From the NCBI GenBank assembly GCA_973895155.1, contig OZ316896.1, positions 4,469,925 to 4,533,924 of the forward strand: 64,000 nt of DNA, read 5' to 3'. The notes under the pieces are model-generated. The model did no database searches, was not told where the DNA came from, and was given only the letters and a program-made list of their open reading frames with translations. Both the position numbers and the translations under genes were made by a program. Each line of letters starts with the position of its first letter. Within the stretch, counting starts at the first letter, position 1. Positions 36,643 through 49,056 of this stretch are shown one piece after another. Source of the stretch: Marsupella aquatica (taxonomy: Eukaryota > Plantae > Marchantiophyta).

Positions 36643-38298
36643 ATGGTCATCGAAAATTTTAGTTTAGAGTATAGGCAAGTGTTGGAGATGATCACAAAAC
36701 ATGTGAATGAGGGATATGAGCTGAATCTTGTTGCTCTGGATGCATTGAAGAACGCTCGAAACACTCTCGAACATGCTAGGAATTCTAGCAAAGTGGCCGG
36801 GAAACGAAAACGGAAGGGGGCAAACGAAGAGGCAAAACAGGTTCGACACAATGTGGTAGTGTCGATATGGAAAGAGATACTTTATCGCTACACTCAACCG
36901 AAACAGTATGGGGTGGACGGGTTCGAGAGGGAGTTCACAAGACACGGAGAGAAAGGATACAAGAACTTTCTTGGTGAGATAACCCGTTGTATGCGGGAAA
37001 GTGTACAAAAGGAGGACAATTTCACACGAGAGCAAATGAAGTCATTTGAAGATGAAACTGAGAAACCGGGAGGATTTCTGGAAAATTTGGCACTCAACTT
37101 GGAGAAGCATGTTTGGGATAATTTGGCAGCCAAAGTGGAAGAGGGTGACACTACATTGCTTGGAAACCCCGGGATGTACACACACAAGAGAGAATTGCTA
37201 GTGAAGTGGAGTAAGGAGTTGGCAATGGCAAAATCTGATAGCAATGTCAAATATGCTAACGAGATTGTGCACTTTGGGGATGTCAGCATCAAAAGTGCTC
37301 GAAAAGGAACACGTCCATCGCGTGTAGTTCCAGAGGTTAGGAGTATCCATTTTCTTAAACCTGAGCAGGTGCACAACACACGTCGCATTGGGAAAGGAAT
37401 CCAAGGAGAGGTATACACTTGTCGTATATTACATTGTCCTCTCATTCCCATCAACATGACCTTAGTCGCAAAGCGGTTCAAGGATGGAGACAAGCATAAG
37501 AGACGAACTGACGCATTACAAGAAGTGCGTATGGGAGGACTGAATCATAAGGGAATCGTTGGAGCTCTTGCGTTGACTATTGAGGATCCGCCAAAACTTA
37601 TTTACGATCACTATAATGGAGGTGACTTGGGTAGCTTTATTGATAAGTGCGGCATATCGTCAAAGAGCAAGGGGAAGGCACAGATCACGACGGACCTTGA
37701 TTTCAAGTTTATTTCGGAGAAGAAACTCTTGTTGGAGAACCGGTTGGGAATCGCCTTGGCTTTGCTGGAGACACTGCAATACTTGCATGAGCATGATCGA
37801 TTTCATTGTGATCTTCACTTTGGAAACATCCTTCTTCATTTCGATCACGAGCACGATGTGGCTATTAAGGTGTATGTTGGTTTATGTGATTTTGGCTTGT
37901 CTAAGCATAAATCACAGTGCAAATTACCAGCTAATCGGATGTGGCCCACAGCAACAAAAAAAGCAGCAACATACCAAAAACAATTTCCACAGTTGGCTCC
38001 GGAGCTTGTTCAACCTACCCCTGTCGAGTTTAGTGAAAGTACCGATATATATGCTTTGGGGAATATTTTTGAGACATTGTTGACAGAGAATTGGGATGGA
38101 ATGTCTAAGGGTTCACGGTTTTTGGGGAGGGGTTGGAGTGCACAAGTGCATGGCCCCAAATTGGATATCATAATCCGTGAAATGATGGCCACGGATGCCA
38201 AGAAAAGAATGGATTGTGCTTTTTGGAGTTTGAAGATAGTTCGAACGTTTCCAGATTGCACATTGTATTTGCACAACAGTCCATATCTTAGAGATTAG
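36643..38298 (+). CDS. Protein kinase (hAT cargo), intact
   Basis: IGKGIQGEVY, VAKRF, alphaC Glu (QEV), HCDLHFGNILL, CDFGLS, LAPE, TDIYALG. Confidence 0.9.
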   Translation: MVIENFSLEYRQVLEMITKHVNEGYELNLVALDALKNARNTLEHARNSSKVAGKRKRKGANEEAKQVRHNVVVSIWKEILYRYTQPKQYGVDGFEREFTRHGEKGYKNFLGEITRCMRESVQKEDNFTREQMKSFEDETEKPGGFLENLALNLEKHVWDNLAAKVEEGDTTLLGNPGMYTHKRELLVKWSKELAMAKSDSNVKYANEIVHFGDVSIKSARKGTRPSRVVPEVRSIHFLKPEQVHNTRRIGKGIQGEVYTCRILHCPLIPINMTLVAKRFKDGDKHKRRTDALQEVRMGGLNHKGIVGALALTIEDPPKLIYDHYNGGDLGSFIDKCGISSKSKGKAQITTDLDFKFISEKKLLLENRLGIALALLETLQYLHEHDRFHCDLHFGNILLHFDHEHDVAIKVYVGLCDFGLSKHKSQCKLPANRMWPTATKKAATYQKQFPQLAPELVQPTPVEFSESTDIYALGNIFETLLTENWDGMSKGSRFLGRGWSAQVHGPKLDIIIREMMATDAKKRMDCAFWSLKIVRTFPDCTLYLHNSPYLRD

Positions 38299-38434
38299 AG
38301 ATTAGGGTTTACACAATTTTGTAAAGGTCACCTTAACGATTATATGTTTATTCATTGTATGTCAATTACAATGTTCTGCATTTTGTTGATAATATTCTAT
38401 CAAACTTTGTCGTGAATGCCCAAAATTGTGCTAA

Positions 38435-40444
38435 ATGTGTTTGTACATTGTCAAATATCGCAGACCTTTTGTACACATCGCAAACATGGGACGATGGGAA
38501 TTGTCTTCTGATGATGAAGACAAAGAGTTCACGACACAACATCTTACCATGCAAGATGGTCAAGGATCCTATTGTGACGATGAAGCTCTCCGTAATAATG
38601 TGTTGGATAATCTTACAACCATTGGCATTCACTATGAGGCTAAACCCAAGGTTGATGGAACACCGGCGCCAAACACAAGAAGATGGGAAGATGAGGGTAT
38701 GAAGGATGAATGGAGTATATTAACGCCCAATGTAAATCCTCCCCATGACGAATGGGCCATGAATGCAAAGGAATTGGAGATGTTGATGCCAAAGAAAGAC
38801 TTTTGGCCATTAGCACAACAAGTTTTTCACGATCCGGATCTTTGGGCAACAAGATCATGGGCGCAAGAAAAATTCACCATGTCCAAAGTAACACATGCAG
38901 GTGTTAAATCACATTGGCAGCAACGATATCGAGAGTTTGCTCCACACAAAGCCCAAACGAAAATGAGTTCCGTTTACCCTCCTTTTATCCGATGTCTGAT
39001 TGCTGAATTCATTCTCAAGTGGAAGGTGGATTACCGTTGGGAAAACAGTGCTGGCAAGCTGACTCATCAGGTGCATCCATCAGTGGTTGCGATTGCAACG
39101 AATAGGAATACAACTATTGCAAAGGACCCTTCAATGGAGACTTCCAACAAGGGATCCAAAAGAAAGCTAGATGATACTGGGGAGGGATATGCGCATGAGA
39201 AGGGGAAAGCGGCTGTACTTCCTCGAGTCTCCATGCCTGACCGTGCAGCACCACCAACCAATGTGGAGTCAACGCACACCAAAAAACCAATCCTTGTAGG
39301 TGTTGGGAGTAGAACTCCACATGCAAAGAACAACAATGTTACTGATGCTAACAAGGATAAGTTCAACCTGCACAACATATGCAAGAGCTTGGGGGCAGAT
39401 GTTGCAGAGGTGATTGAGACAAATCTCCGCACGAAGTATGTAGTGGAGCTATGTGAATGTGGCAGCATCAAAAAGTTCAAGTCACAATTGCAACAAGCTG
39501 ATATAAAGATGAGATCACTTGAGAAGAAGCAGAATGAGCCGACGACCAATTCGAAAGTGATGTTGTACAAGTGTCAATTGTTTGACAAGATGGAAGAAAT
39601 CAATAAGCTGACAAAACAACTTGCTGAAAAAGAGCGTCAATGCAATGAACTGGCACGACTTGAGGAGAAGGACAAGATCATTAATGATCTTAAAAGTGAA
39701 CTTGCAACGCAAGCAATCATCATATCAAATCTTCATGAAGAGGTGCAAGAATTTAACAATGGTGCTTTGGGGATGAGGTCAAACAAAGGGCAAGGTGAAT
39801 TATCGTCGCCAAATTTTGTTAACATGCAAATCATAGATCCTACAGGGCACAGCAACCTTTTTCCAGATGTGGAGGTTGACGTGGAAGGTATTGATAGGTT
39901 TTTTGATAAGTGGAAAAAGGATGAAACTATGGCAGCATTTGTTCGTGAAAAGAATGACAAGTGTACTTGGTGCCTATATCCTTGGGGCCCTGAATCTGTT
40001 TCCATGTTGGGAACCTGCGGTCATATATGGCATCATGCTTGCTTGTCTAAATGGTTGAAGAAAAGCCGAAAATGTTGGTGTCGCACACCATTTCATGAAC
40101 GCGAGTATGAGCAACGAGGATTGTTGAAGCAAATGCCATCAATGGAGACTCAACAAAACACTGAAGATATGACTGAAGATATGACTGAAGATACTATACC
40201 GGCGATGCAAATAGATGAAACTCCCATTGAACATTTCACAATCAATGAATATAATTTGTCAGATGGGGAATTTGACAGGTTGTTATTCAGTGGTCGACTC
40301 GATGAGTGGAAACAATATGCGGCAGCCAACCAGCCATCAATAGATGAGCAAAATTTGCAACGATCCATTCGGCGCCATCGACGACGTCAACAACAGGCAG
40401 AGGTGAAAACAGAAGTTGTTGACAATAACAACAAAAGGAACTAA
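38435..40444 (+). CDS. Coiled-coil plus RING-H2-like protein (putative E3 ligase, hAT cargo), intact; start possibly ~38483
   Basis: Heptad-rich region, then CTWC...CGHIWHHACLSKWL...CWC. Confidence 0.75.
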   Translation: MCLYIVKYRRPFVHIANMGRWELSSDDEDKEFTTQHLTMQDGQGSYCDDEALRNNVLDNLTTIGIHYEAKPKVDGTPAPNTRRWEDEGMKDEWSILTPNVNPPHDEWAMNAKELEMLMPKKDFWPLAQQVFHDPDLWATRSWAQEKFTMSKVTHAGVKSHWQQRYREFAPHKAQTKMSSVYPPFIRCLIAEFILKWKVDYRWENSAGKLTHQVHPSVVAIATNRNTTIAKDPSMETSNKGSKRKLDDTGEGYAHEKGKAAVLPRVSMPDRAAPPTNVESTHTKKPILVGVGSRTPHAKNNNVTDANKDKFNLHNICKSLGADVAEVIETNLRTKYVVELCECGSIKKFKSQLQQADIKMRSLEKKQNEPTTNSKVMLYKCQLFDKMEEINKLTKQLAEKERQCNELARLEEKDKIINDLKSELATQAIIISNLHEEVQEFNNGALGMRSNKGQGELSSPNFVNMQIIDPTGHSNLFPDVEVDVEGIDRFFDKWKKDETMAAFVREKNDKCTWCLYPWGPESVSMLGTCGHIWHHACLSKWLKKSRKCWCRTPFHEREYEQRGLLKQMPSMETQQNTEDMTEDMTEDTIPAMQIDETPIEHFTINEYNLSDGEFDRLLFSGRLDEWKQYAAANQPSIDEQNLQRSIRRHRRRQQQAEVKTEVVDNNNKRN

Positions 40445-40944
40445 AACCAATAGTCTCTACATTTTGATGTTATTTTCATGTAGTTACTATTAGAGACATT
40501 TTGTTAAAATAGAAGCGGCATATCCTCTTTGACAATTATTTTCAACTTGTAATTGGTAAAGAGATTTTGGAGTGACATTACATTGCATATCTCGTTGAGT
40601 AAATATATTTTTCATTGGGGGCATGGCGTCGCCTTTTGGAGAATGTGTATTTTCGTAAGAATATTCCATCCTCCAATCAGCCATAGGTTTTGGAAGCATA
40701 TTGTCGGGCTCACAATCATATTTTTGGACAAGTATGAGGAAAATAGACGTGATGAGAGACGGTAGCACAGTGGACTCAGGTACTGATCCTTCTCTGAAAT
40801 CATTTCCAAAAGGAGATCGTGTAGCACAATGAGTTCAACAAAGTCAACATCGCAATGGTTTTAGCCGCCCAAGTTGAGAATGATTTTGTAGAAGGATGTA
40901 TACCTAAGTCCACTCACTTTTCCTGTCTTTCATAATTTTTTCCA

Positions 40945-42275
40945 CTATTGCTGCTACGGCCAATGACATTCATGCACATGCGAACCGAGGCCAACGCCTA
41001 CTCCTTTGCCCACCGCAAAAATGGGCCCTCATTACAACTTGAAGTTGAACGGAGTTTATTTGAGTACGAGAGAAGTTCTGAAAGCAAATGCACTCTCAGG
41101 TCAAATTTTCAGGTCCTTCGAGCAAAAAATTACTGAGTATGTCATCGATCCGTTGGTTTCACAACTTCTCTCGTACTCAAATAAACTCTGTTCAACTTCA
41201 AGTAGCGTAGCTGCTACGACCAATGACATTCATGCGCATGCAAACCGAGGCCAACGCCTCTACATTTGCCTACCCCAAAAATGGGCCCTGATTAGAACTT
41301 GAAGTTGAACAGAGTTTTTTTCATTATGAGAAGGTTTATTCAAGCAATGGCACTCTCAGGTCAATATTTCAGGTTCTCCTGACTTTGTTATTATTGAATA
41401 TGTTCGTGCTCCGTTGCTTGAATAAATCTTCTGATAATGAAATGAACTGACCAATTACTGGAGTACGGCTGCTACGGCCTATGACATTAATTCGCACAAT
41501 TGCATGTTTATATCCTCTCCTTTCCGAATTCCAATTCGAGCTTGGACATCCTCTCGTCAGCTGGTCTCCACCATTGCAGTTGCTCTTCACGCAAACCAAG
41601 ATAGCAGTCTCTAGAATCCTCGAACCTATTTTATTTCAATGCATCATTCATAGTGTTTGAGGAATCCAGAGGTTCGCGTGAGGAGCAACTGAAAGGGTGG
41701 AGACCTGCTGACGAGAGGGTGTCCAAGCTCGAATTGGAATTCGGACAGGAGAGGATATAAACGGGTGAACTTTGACTTGAAATTGGTGACTGTATTTTGC
41801 GTCTGCATATCAATTTGGTGACCGATCTTGCGGAATCCCCGTGACCGTGTCTGATCATCATCATGACATTGCTCTCCTTGGCCACCAATGGGCCCTCATT
41901 ACAACTTCAAGTTGAACGGGGTTTATATGATTATGAGAAGGTTACTGATTATGTAGGCGATGTGTTCATTTCACAACTTCTCTCATAGTCATATAAACTC
42001 TGCCCAACTTCAAGTAGTGCAGCTGCTACGGTCAACGACATTCACCCACCCCAAAAATGGGCCCTCATTACAACTTCAAGTTCAACTAAGTTTATTTTAT
42101 TACGAGAAGGTTTATTCAAGCAATGACATTCTCAGGTCCAATAATGAGGTCCTCTCGACCTCATTATTATTGAATATGACGGTGCTCTATTGCTGGACTA
42201 AATCTTCGCATAGTGAAATGAACTAACCAATTAATGGAGGGGGCTAGTATGGACTACGGCTGCTATGGCCAACAA
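40945..42275 (+). repeat. Internal degenerate direct repeats (gctacggccaatgacatt...aaatgggccctcattacaacttgaagttgaac) flanking a hairpin
   Basis: Copies at ~40950, 41210, 41885, 42020. Confidence 0.75.
41506..41762. other. Fold-back hairpin, ~92-bp arms, ~73-nt loop
   Basis: 41506-41597 is the reverse complement of 41671-41762 with ~7 mismatches and no indels. Confidence 0.9.
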
Positions 42276-42511
42276 CAAGGTACTTTGAAATAGTCAGTGT
42301 TGGAGATTTGGAAAACATGTTGCGTTGGTGTGTCTCTATGGCATTCTCAAATGCAAATACAAATAAATTATTCAATCATTGTACAATAATAAACACACTG
42401 CAAGACAATACAATCATGTTACAAAAAATATAATTGTTTATAATTTTGTCTATGTCAGATACGACAATATAAGAGTAGCAACACTTGATATTATCCTAAT
42501 GAAAAGATGCT

Positions 42512-45418
42512 TCAAGGCTGTGAAGAGAAATTTCGTGCATTGTTGTTAAGATTTTTGCATAAAAGCGCATTCCACTCGTCTTGTTTGTCGCCCCAACTGA
42601 GTGGATCACGATTGTGTGACTGAACATTGTGCGATGTTTCTTGAAATGATGATATTCCTCGAAACCCACCAAGGCCAATAGGCCTGTTCGACGTATATGG
42701 ATTCATGACACTTGGCCCTGCATACGCATTCAAGGGTGGACCTGCATGGTGTTGCCAGTTTGCATGTGGGTCGTTTGAAGTTTGACCTTCATGATTGTTG
42801 TATCCATGAAAAAAGGTTGATGTCCTTCCATTCGTCGGATGCCCTGCTGTGCCTATGCGTTGCTCGTTGAAATATGGTCTGCTTGTGTCAACATCATTCG
42901 CAAAGTTCGACCAAGGTGACCTTGGTTGGGAAGGCATCACAAAGTTTCTGTCCAGTGATGCATCTTCCTCGTCTTGGATTTGTGATTCATCAATTGTAGG
43001 ATACATCTCCAAATCCATTTCATTTTCCCATTCCTCTACAACAGTGATGTCTGTATCTGGTGGAATACGAGTCAAGAACTCACTATCCTTATCCAGTGAA
43101 AATCCGTGTAGCAATTCATCAGCATCATCAATTGTATCATAATCTTCGACATCTTCTTCACCAAGAGCCGCACGTGTTGCATCGTACTCTTCATTGCTGC
43201 ACAACTCCATGGAGATAGGTCTAGGTCCATCATTTGTTCTTCTTCTTTGGTCATAACGTTCATATATAAACGTATGCGGGTTTCGAACATTTGTGAGCCC
43301 TTTCTCTACCCTCATGTTTATAAATACAAACACCAAATCTTTTGCTCGATCATTTGTCAATCGATTGCGACTTTTGGAATGTATAAATCCATACGAACTC
43401 CAGTTTCGCTCGCAAGCTGATGCGCACACTTTTTGGTGTAAGATTCTTCGCGCCAGGATTCTCAAATGTTTATAATCTGCACCATACGCATGCCACCACT
43501 CTGCTGGACTGACATTACCTATACTTGATTGGGCGGCTCCCATCGCTATTGATGTGTTGGGATTTTTTTTTTGGGCGTCAATGGCTTGACTGTGGATGGC
43601 AGAAATAAGTTCTCTGACGTCGCGATCATGGTTGATCCCCTCCTTCACCTGTTGTTCTGAATATCTAGCAATGTATTCACTGAAACCCCTGTAGAGTTCT
43701 GGATCTCCAGCGACATCTATGTCCTCATCAAAAAACATTTGGGGATTGATATATGCTGCCGCTAGCATGAAATCAGTGGTAAGAGATTTTTTTCGATCCA
43801 AATACACTTTTAGTATCTTCGGTTTCAATACCTCTGTTACCAATGGACAATCCTCCATGCTTGCTTTCAAAACATCAATCCCTCTTTTCAAACTCCAATA
43901 CAACCAACCTGATTGCGGAGAATCACCATCAAATTCTCGCAACATCTTGACCAACGGAGTAAAGAATTTAACTGTATCCTTCACTTCAACCCAAAATGTA
44001 TCTTGCTGTATCCACATTTTAAGTTCGTCTGCCTTTCCCCTCGTCACGTGTCCAGCTGATTTTGGTCGCAATGGAAGTCTATCACGATAAGACTGCCAAT
44101 TATCATCAATGACCATCTGTTGTAAAGCTCCTCTTAGCTCCAACGCTCTTTGTGCCATTAGGAAATTGGTCGCAAATCTAGTTGCATTTGGATTCAACAG
44201 TTTTTTGTCAGGAGATTTTCTTGCAAATATTGCAGAAAGCTTTTGCGATGATGAAACTGCTTTTACTATCCACCTCAACCGTTTAAAAATCTTTTGGAAT
44301 GGATTCTGTCCAACATCATCTAGCACTACACGCTTGTGACCACACATATCCTCTAGCAGCAAATTAAACACGTGGGCAGCACACTAGCTCCAAGTGACAT
44401 GAGGATACTTTTTCATGACTACCTCACAACCTGCTACGCGATTTGCGGGTGCTCCATCAGTTACAATTTGAATAATATGATCTGCACCAATATCCTCAAT
44501 GTATTTCAACCACATGTCGCCAAGATATTTCCCATCTTTCTTGTCAGCTTGCGCAGCATTCCAACTATCCAAGAAGAAGTCACCTTTAGAAGTCAACAAC
44601 ATGACATTCATCAAAGGTTCTCTTCGGACGTTTTCCCATCCATCTGAAGAAAGAGAATACCCATAAGGTTTTGCCTCCTTTAAAGTTTGCGTCATGTCCT
44701 TTGTGAGATCCTCCTTACTGTCTTCCAATAATTTCAATCGCAAACTTCGCATCGTAGGTAGAGAATAACCATTGACAATCCCTTTTGAAGTCTCTATGAC
44801 TGCTTTTCGAAAAAAAGGATTATTTGAAACATTGAATGGAATACCACTAGTGTAGAAAGCTTTCGCCCAAAGCTTATCCAAATTTGTTCTATTTGGAATT
44901 TGATAGGCATCCATAATTGGGTTAGGAAGATTTACTGGCCTATCTCCTTCCCTTACATGTGTATCATCCATGTCAACATAGTTTGACCCTCGTGTGGATG
45001 CTTGCGAATATGAACTTCCAACGCTTGGCCTACGACCTCTCACATCCCGCAAGATATGACTTCCATCTCGTCGTTTGTACTTTAAGGTCGGTGGAACCTT
45101 TATCACATTGTACATAATATTGATGGCATCCAAATCGACGACACCATAGAGTTGCATGCAAGGGGGCGCATCCCCTTTTTGGATGTTTCCCATCAAATGT
45201 GCCTTTGCTCGTGTTGCATGATGAGTAACGTATGTTAAACAATACTTGCATCTTCGATAGATACGATTGACATCATGACATGTTGAAGGCGCATCACATC
45301 GTTCAAAATATCTCCACACTGGAGATTGTTTTGAAGGGTGTTCTTGCACACGAGTTGGACCAGGCCTGGGAGTAGTGGAATGATATCTAGTTTCATGCGA
45401 ATCCTCTTCATCGGACAT
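42512..45418 (-). pseudogene. hAT transposase (BED finger, DUF659, dimerisation domain) with a single in-frame TAG at 44384-44386
   Basis: SPVWRYF...CKYC...HL, SSDGW, VTDGA, WS*CAAHVFNL, TRFATNF, EWW...SACERNWS...RNRL. Confidence 0.92.
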
Positions 45419-46069
45419 TGTTACGACTCTCAATGGTAAAAAAATAAAAGGGTTGATTCTTTTGATTTTGTGAATATAACAAATATAGTACAATGGGTTA
45501 CTTTCCTGAATTATCGCAGACTGGGCCTAAGCTCAAAGCATGCGCAGGAAAGTTTCCCAAATTCTTATATTTGTCAACATCCCTACTTCAACCTATGTTA
45601 TGTAATATCTATAACTTCACAATAGTTTATCTTTGAAGTGAACATATGTACGAGAAATCGTGATACCCATATGAAATGTCATAGACCGAGCCAAAGCTCT
45701 AAGCATATGCACATGGGTATCTCTTTACTCGCAAGTAGTTCACTTTCAAACAAAACAATGATGCAAAGTTGTTAAGGTGATATAAGGAACTTCTCGTACG
45801 AATTATCGCAGACTGAGCCGAGCTCAAAGCATGCGCGTACAAGAGTTCCAATGTATCCCTCCGATCTCTCCCTAATGCTAAACCACAAGAGAGAGAAACA
45901 CAATGAGACTTTGGATTAGTGAAATGAATTAGTTATTCCTACTTATACTAAATCATCTACTTCTTATCCTCTCTTAAAACTCTTAATCTTTGATCCTAAC
46001 CCTAATTGTGCCTCCCTTAACCCTAATCTCGCGCACCTAACCCTAATCCCGCCTCTAACTCTTCCCCGG

Positions 46070-46670
46070 CCACCAATTCCCGAGCCCCGTCCCCGAACCC
46101 CGCACCCCGTTCCCCGAACCCCGTTCCCCGCATCCCCGAACCCCCTACCCGAACCCCCTTCCTCGAACCCCCTACCTCGTTCCCCGAACCCCGTTCCCCG
46201 CATCCCCGAACCCCCTTCCCCGAACCCCCTACCTCGTTCCCCGAACCCCGTTCCCCGAACCCCGTTCCCCGAACCCCGTTCCCCAAATCCCCGAATCCCG
46301 GCCCCCCTTTCCCGCCCCCCCTTCCCCGGTTCCTCGAATCCTCTTCCTCGAATGCCCCCCGTCCCCGGTTCCCCGAATCCCGTCCCCCGGGCCACCTTTA
46401 CCCCGGCCGGCCCCGGAAGGGTCCGGGCAGGGTTCGGGTGGGGGTCCGGGGAGGGTTCGGGTGGGGGTCCGGGGAGGGTCCGGGAAAGGCCCAAGAGTCC
46501 GGGGAGTGTTTGGGGGAGGGTCCGGCGAGGTTCCGGGAAAGGCCCGGGAGGGTCCGGGGAGGGTCCGGGAAGGGCCCGGGAGTCCGGGTTTGGGTCAGGG
46601 GGAGTTCGGGTTCAGGTCCGGGGTGCTCTGGAGGTGTTCGCGAAAGGTCCGGGGAAGTCGGGGTTCGTTC
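46070..46670. repeat. Right subterminal CCCCGAAC and GGGTCCGGG arrays
   Basis: C-rich block 46070-46400, G-rich block 46420-46670. Confidence 0.9.
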
Positions 46671-47997
46671 GAGAGAATCTTCAGGAATATACATCAAATT
46701 GCGTGTTTTCGGGCCGTCATTTGACGTGCCCGACAAGACGTCAAGGTGCCCGTCAGATTAAACCGGGCCATACTCCTCCTTACTTCTCATACATGAACAC
46801 TACTGGCTCCATGGACCCTACCGTAGGATTTAGCACAAGGGGACTGACTCCATTAGTCCAGGGATGGGCAGTCATATCTAAATGCAGAGCGATTTGACAA
46901 TAAAAAATAATCTAGAAAATTACACAAAGCAATATTAATGGTGACTTATCTTTCACACAAGATGACATTCAGACATTCGCCACACCAGAGGAAAAAGACA
47001 ACACGTTACGTTACTGCTCTGAGTGGAGTGACGTCATGAAGCATGAGTGGCACTCCCTATGCCGCCATGACGTGGTCAACCTGCTCTGTGCCGCCGTCTG
47101 TGCGCCGTCGCCCTTCCGTCCCTCCTCGAACTCCGGAAGGGTTGAATGGCGAGGATTCAGCCGCAAGATCGTCTCAGACTTCCCGCCACCCATTTTTTCG
47201 AATTATTTTATCTGCATATGAATTTTCAAAATTGAACACAGCACCATTGCGGCCTTGCGGGTGTCCAGTCGTCCAGAGCTGCTTCGCCATTACTGCACCA
47301 TTGCGGTTGTCCAGAGCTGCTTCGCCATTACTGCAGCTCAAACCCTTCAGAAGCTCGAGATATTTCTCGAAGGCTGTAGGAAAAAAAAATTGGGTCTGAT
47401 CTTCGAGTTATCTATACCCGCTGGATGATAGACATAACTCTGGTGAAGAGTCCTGTGATATTCGTAGGATGGTTTCGGAATCGGTTGTTTAACGAAGCTC
47501 AGGGATCTAGAGTCCCGTGGTAATGCTACCCTGTCTCTCTGCAGAATTCTGTCAAGATGGCGTTCTAGGACGATTGCTGGGACACAGCCGTTTTCCCGAT
47601 TAGCTGTAGAGGAAACCCTGGACGATGAGTGCCTAAGCATTTTTCTCATTGAGCTAGGCATTCGTTGAGAAAGGTCGAGGGAGTCTTTCTCTCATGAGCG
47701 GCTTTGATTAGGTATGGACAAGAAGATGGTGGACGACTTACATTTCATTGACGAATCTCAATTCTGTCTGGTACTAGTTTTTGTGGATACTGCGCTGAAC
47801 GACTCCAAGAATTTGTAGAGTTTGACGGGTCCAAATTCTACATTAACGCCTGCAACGAAAAAAAATATGAATAAAATTTGAAATACCAAGTACTTGAGTA
47901 GGACCTCGAGGGACAGAGGAAACAAGCATCGTCGGGGTTGGTCCAGCTCTGCCGCTTTTAAACGGAAAGCTTTGTTAGTGGACGTTCGGTTGATGCG

Positions 47998-49056
47998 ATG
48001 CAACCCATCGATCTGCGCAAGGAACGACAGCAGAAGTGTTCCCTCGGCTGCCCTATCCTGGACGGGGCGTTGAATGGCGGCATTCCCTGCGGAAGCGTCA
48101 CAGAACTCGTCGGCGAGAGCTCAGCCGGTAAAACGCAGCTCTGCTTGCAACTCTTGTTGACAGTCCAGCTGCCCTTTGCCGACGGGGGACTCGAGGGGAG
48201 CGCTCTCTACGTCTACACCGAAAACTACTTCGCCTCCTCCCGTCTCCGGCAGCTCGCTGCACCTCAATCGATTGCTGCTCGAGCAACCCATCGCCATCGT
48301 CATCTCTATCTCTTGCCTGGCGACAGCATCAAAGACCGGTTTGGAAGGGCACGACGACGGGACAGGCAGGCCCACCCTTACGATGTGTATGGACCTCCAG
48401 AGAAGCTTAGGACTATCGACCCGGATCCCGATGATACATTTGGAGACGTCGTCGCCTTTGATCCTTGCAAGAACGTGTATGTTCAGGGTGTGCAGACGGC
48501 GGAAGAGCTGCTCAAGTATTTGGACCATGCCGAAACGCTGCTGTCACATTCTCTTCGAATGCCAGTGAGACTTCTTGTCGTCGACTCCATAGCTGCCTTG
48601 TTCCGCTCGGATTTTAACCATGGGAGTATATCGGCGCTAACGGGGAGAGGAAACCTCTTCTTCCAAATCTCGAGCAAACTCAAGAAGCTCTCTGAGAAGT
48701 ATAATCTCGCGATTGTTGTCTCTAATCAAGTGACAGATTATTTTGAGCCAACTGAAAAGCCGAGAAGGGATGCTGCACCCGGGTCTGCGATCGCCAACGT
48801 TGGGGGTGCTGAGATCTTGTACACGTCTGGCCGAAGAGTAGTTCCTTCCTTAGGCATTTCGTGGTCTCATTGCGTCAACACTCGATTGTTCCTGTCACGG
48901 TTTGATCTCGGCCCCAATTCGATAAGGAGGTCAATGCAGGTGGTATTTGCGCCTCACCTTCCAAATATGTGGTGCGATTTTCTAGTTGATGCAGACGGAG
49001 TGAAGGGAATTTCTCCGGAGCCAAACTTTATGAATTCTCACAACTACGGGGGATAA
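47998..49056 (+). CDS. XRCC3: DNA repair protein XRCC3 (RAD51 paralog), intronless
   Basis: CSLGCPILDGALNGGIPCGSVTELVGESSAGKTQLCLQL (Walker A), LLVVDSIAALFR (Walker B), NQV, PSLGISWSHCVNTRLFL, VVFAPHLP. Confidence 0.92.
   Translation: MQPIDLRKERQQKCSLGCPILDGALNGGIPCGSVTELVGESSAGKTQLCLQLLLTVQLPFADGGLEGSALYVYTENYFASSRLRQLAAPQSIAARATHRHRHLYLLPGDSIKDRFGRARRRDRQAHPYDVYGPPEKLRTIDPDPDDTFGDVVAFDPCKNVYVQGVQTAEELLKYLDHAETLLSHSLRMPVRLLVVDSIAALFRSDFNHGSISALTGRGNLFFQISSKLKKLSEKYNLAIVVSNQVTDYFEPTEKPRRDAAPGSAIANVGGAEILYTSGRRVVPSLGISWSHCVNTRLFLSRFDLGPNSIRRSMQVVFAPHLPNMWCDFLVDADGVKGISPEPNFMNSHNYGG

Larger units (their letters stand above)
35254..46767 (-). mobile_element. 11.5-kb hAT transposon with kinase and RING cargo; short TIR CCCGGTTT(G/A)A, 8-bp TSD CCATACTC
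   Basis: ccatactc|cccggtttga ... ttaaaccggg|ccatactc (TSD at 35246-35253 and 46768-46775); internal hAT transposase; GC-rich subterminal arrays. Confidence 0.93.

Noticed and set aside
40490-40930. Possible third cargo gene on the minus strand in the hAT
   Set aside because: Only short interrupted ORFs with no recognisable domain.
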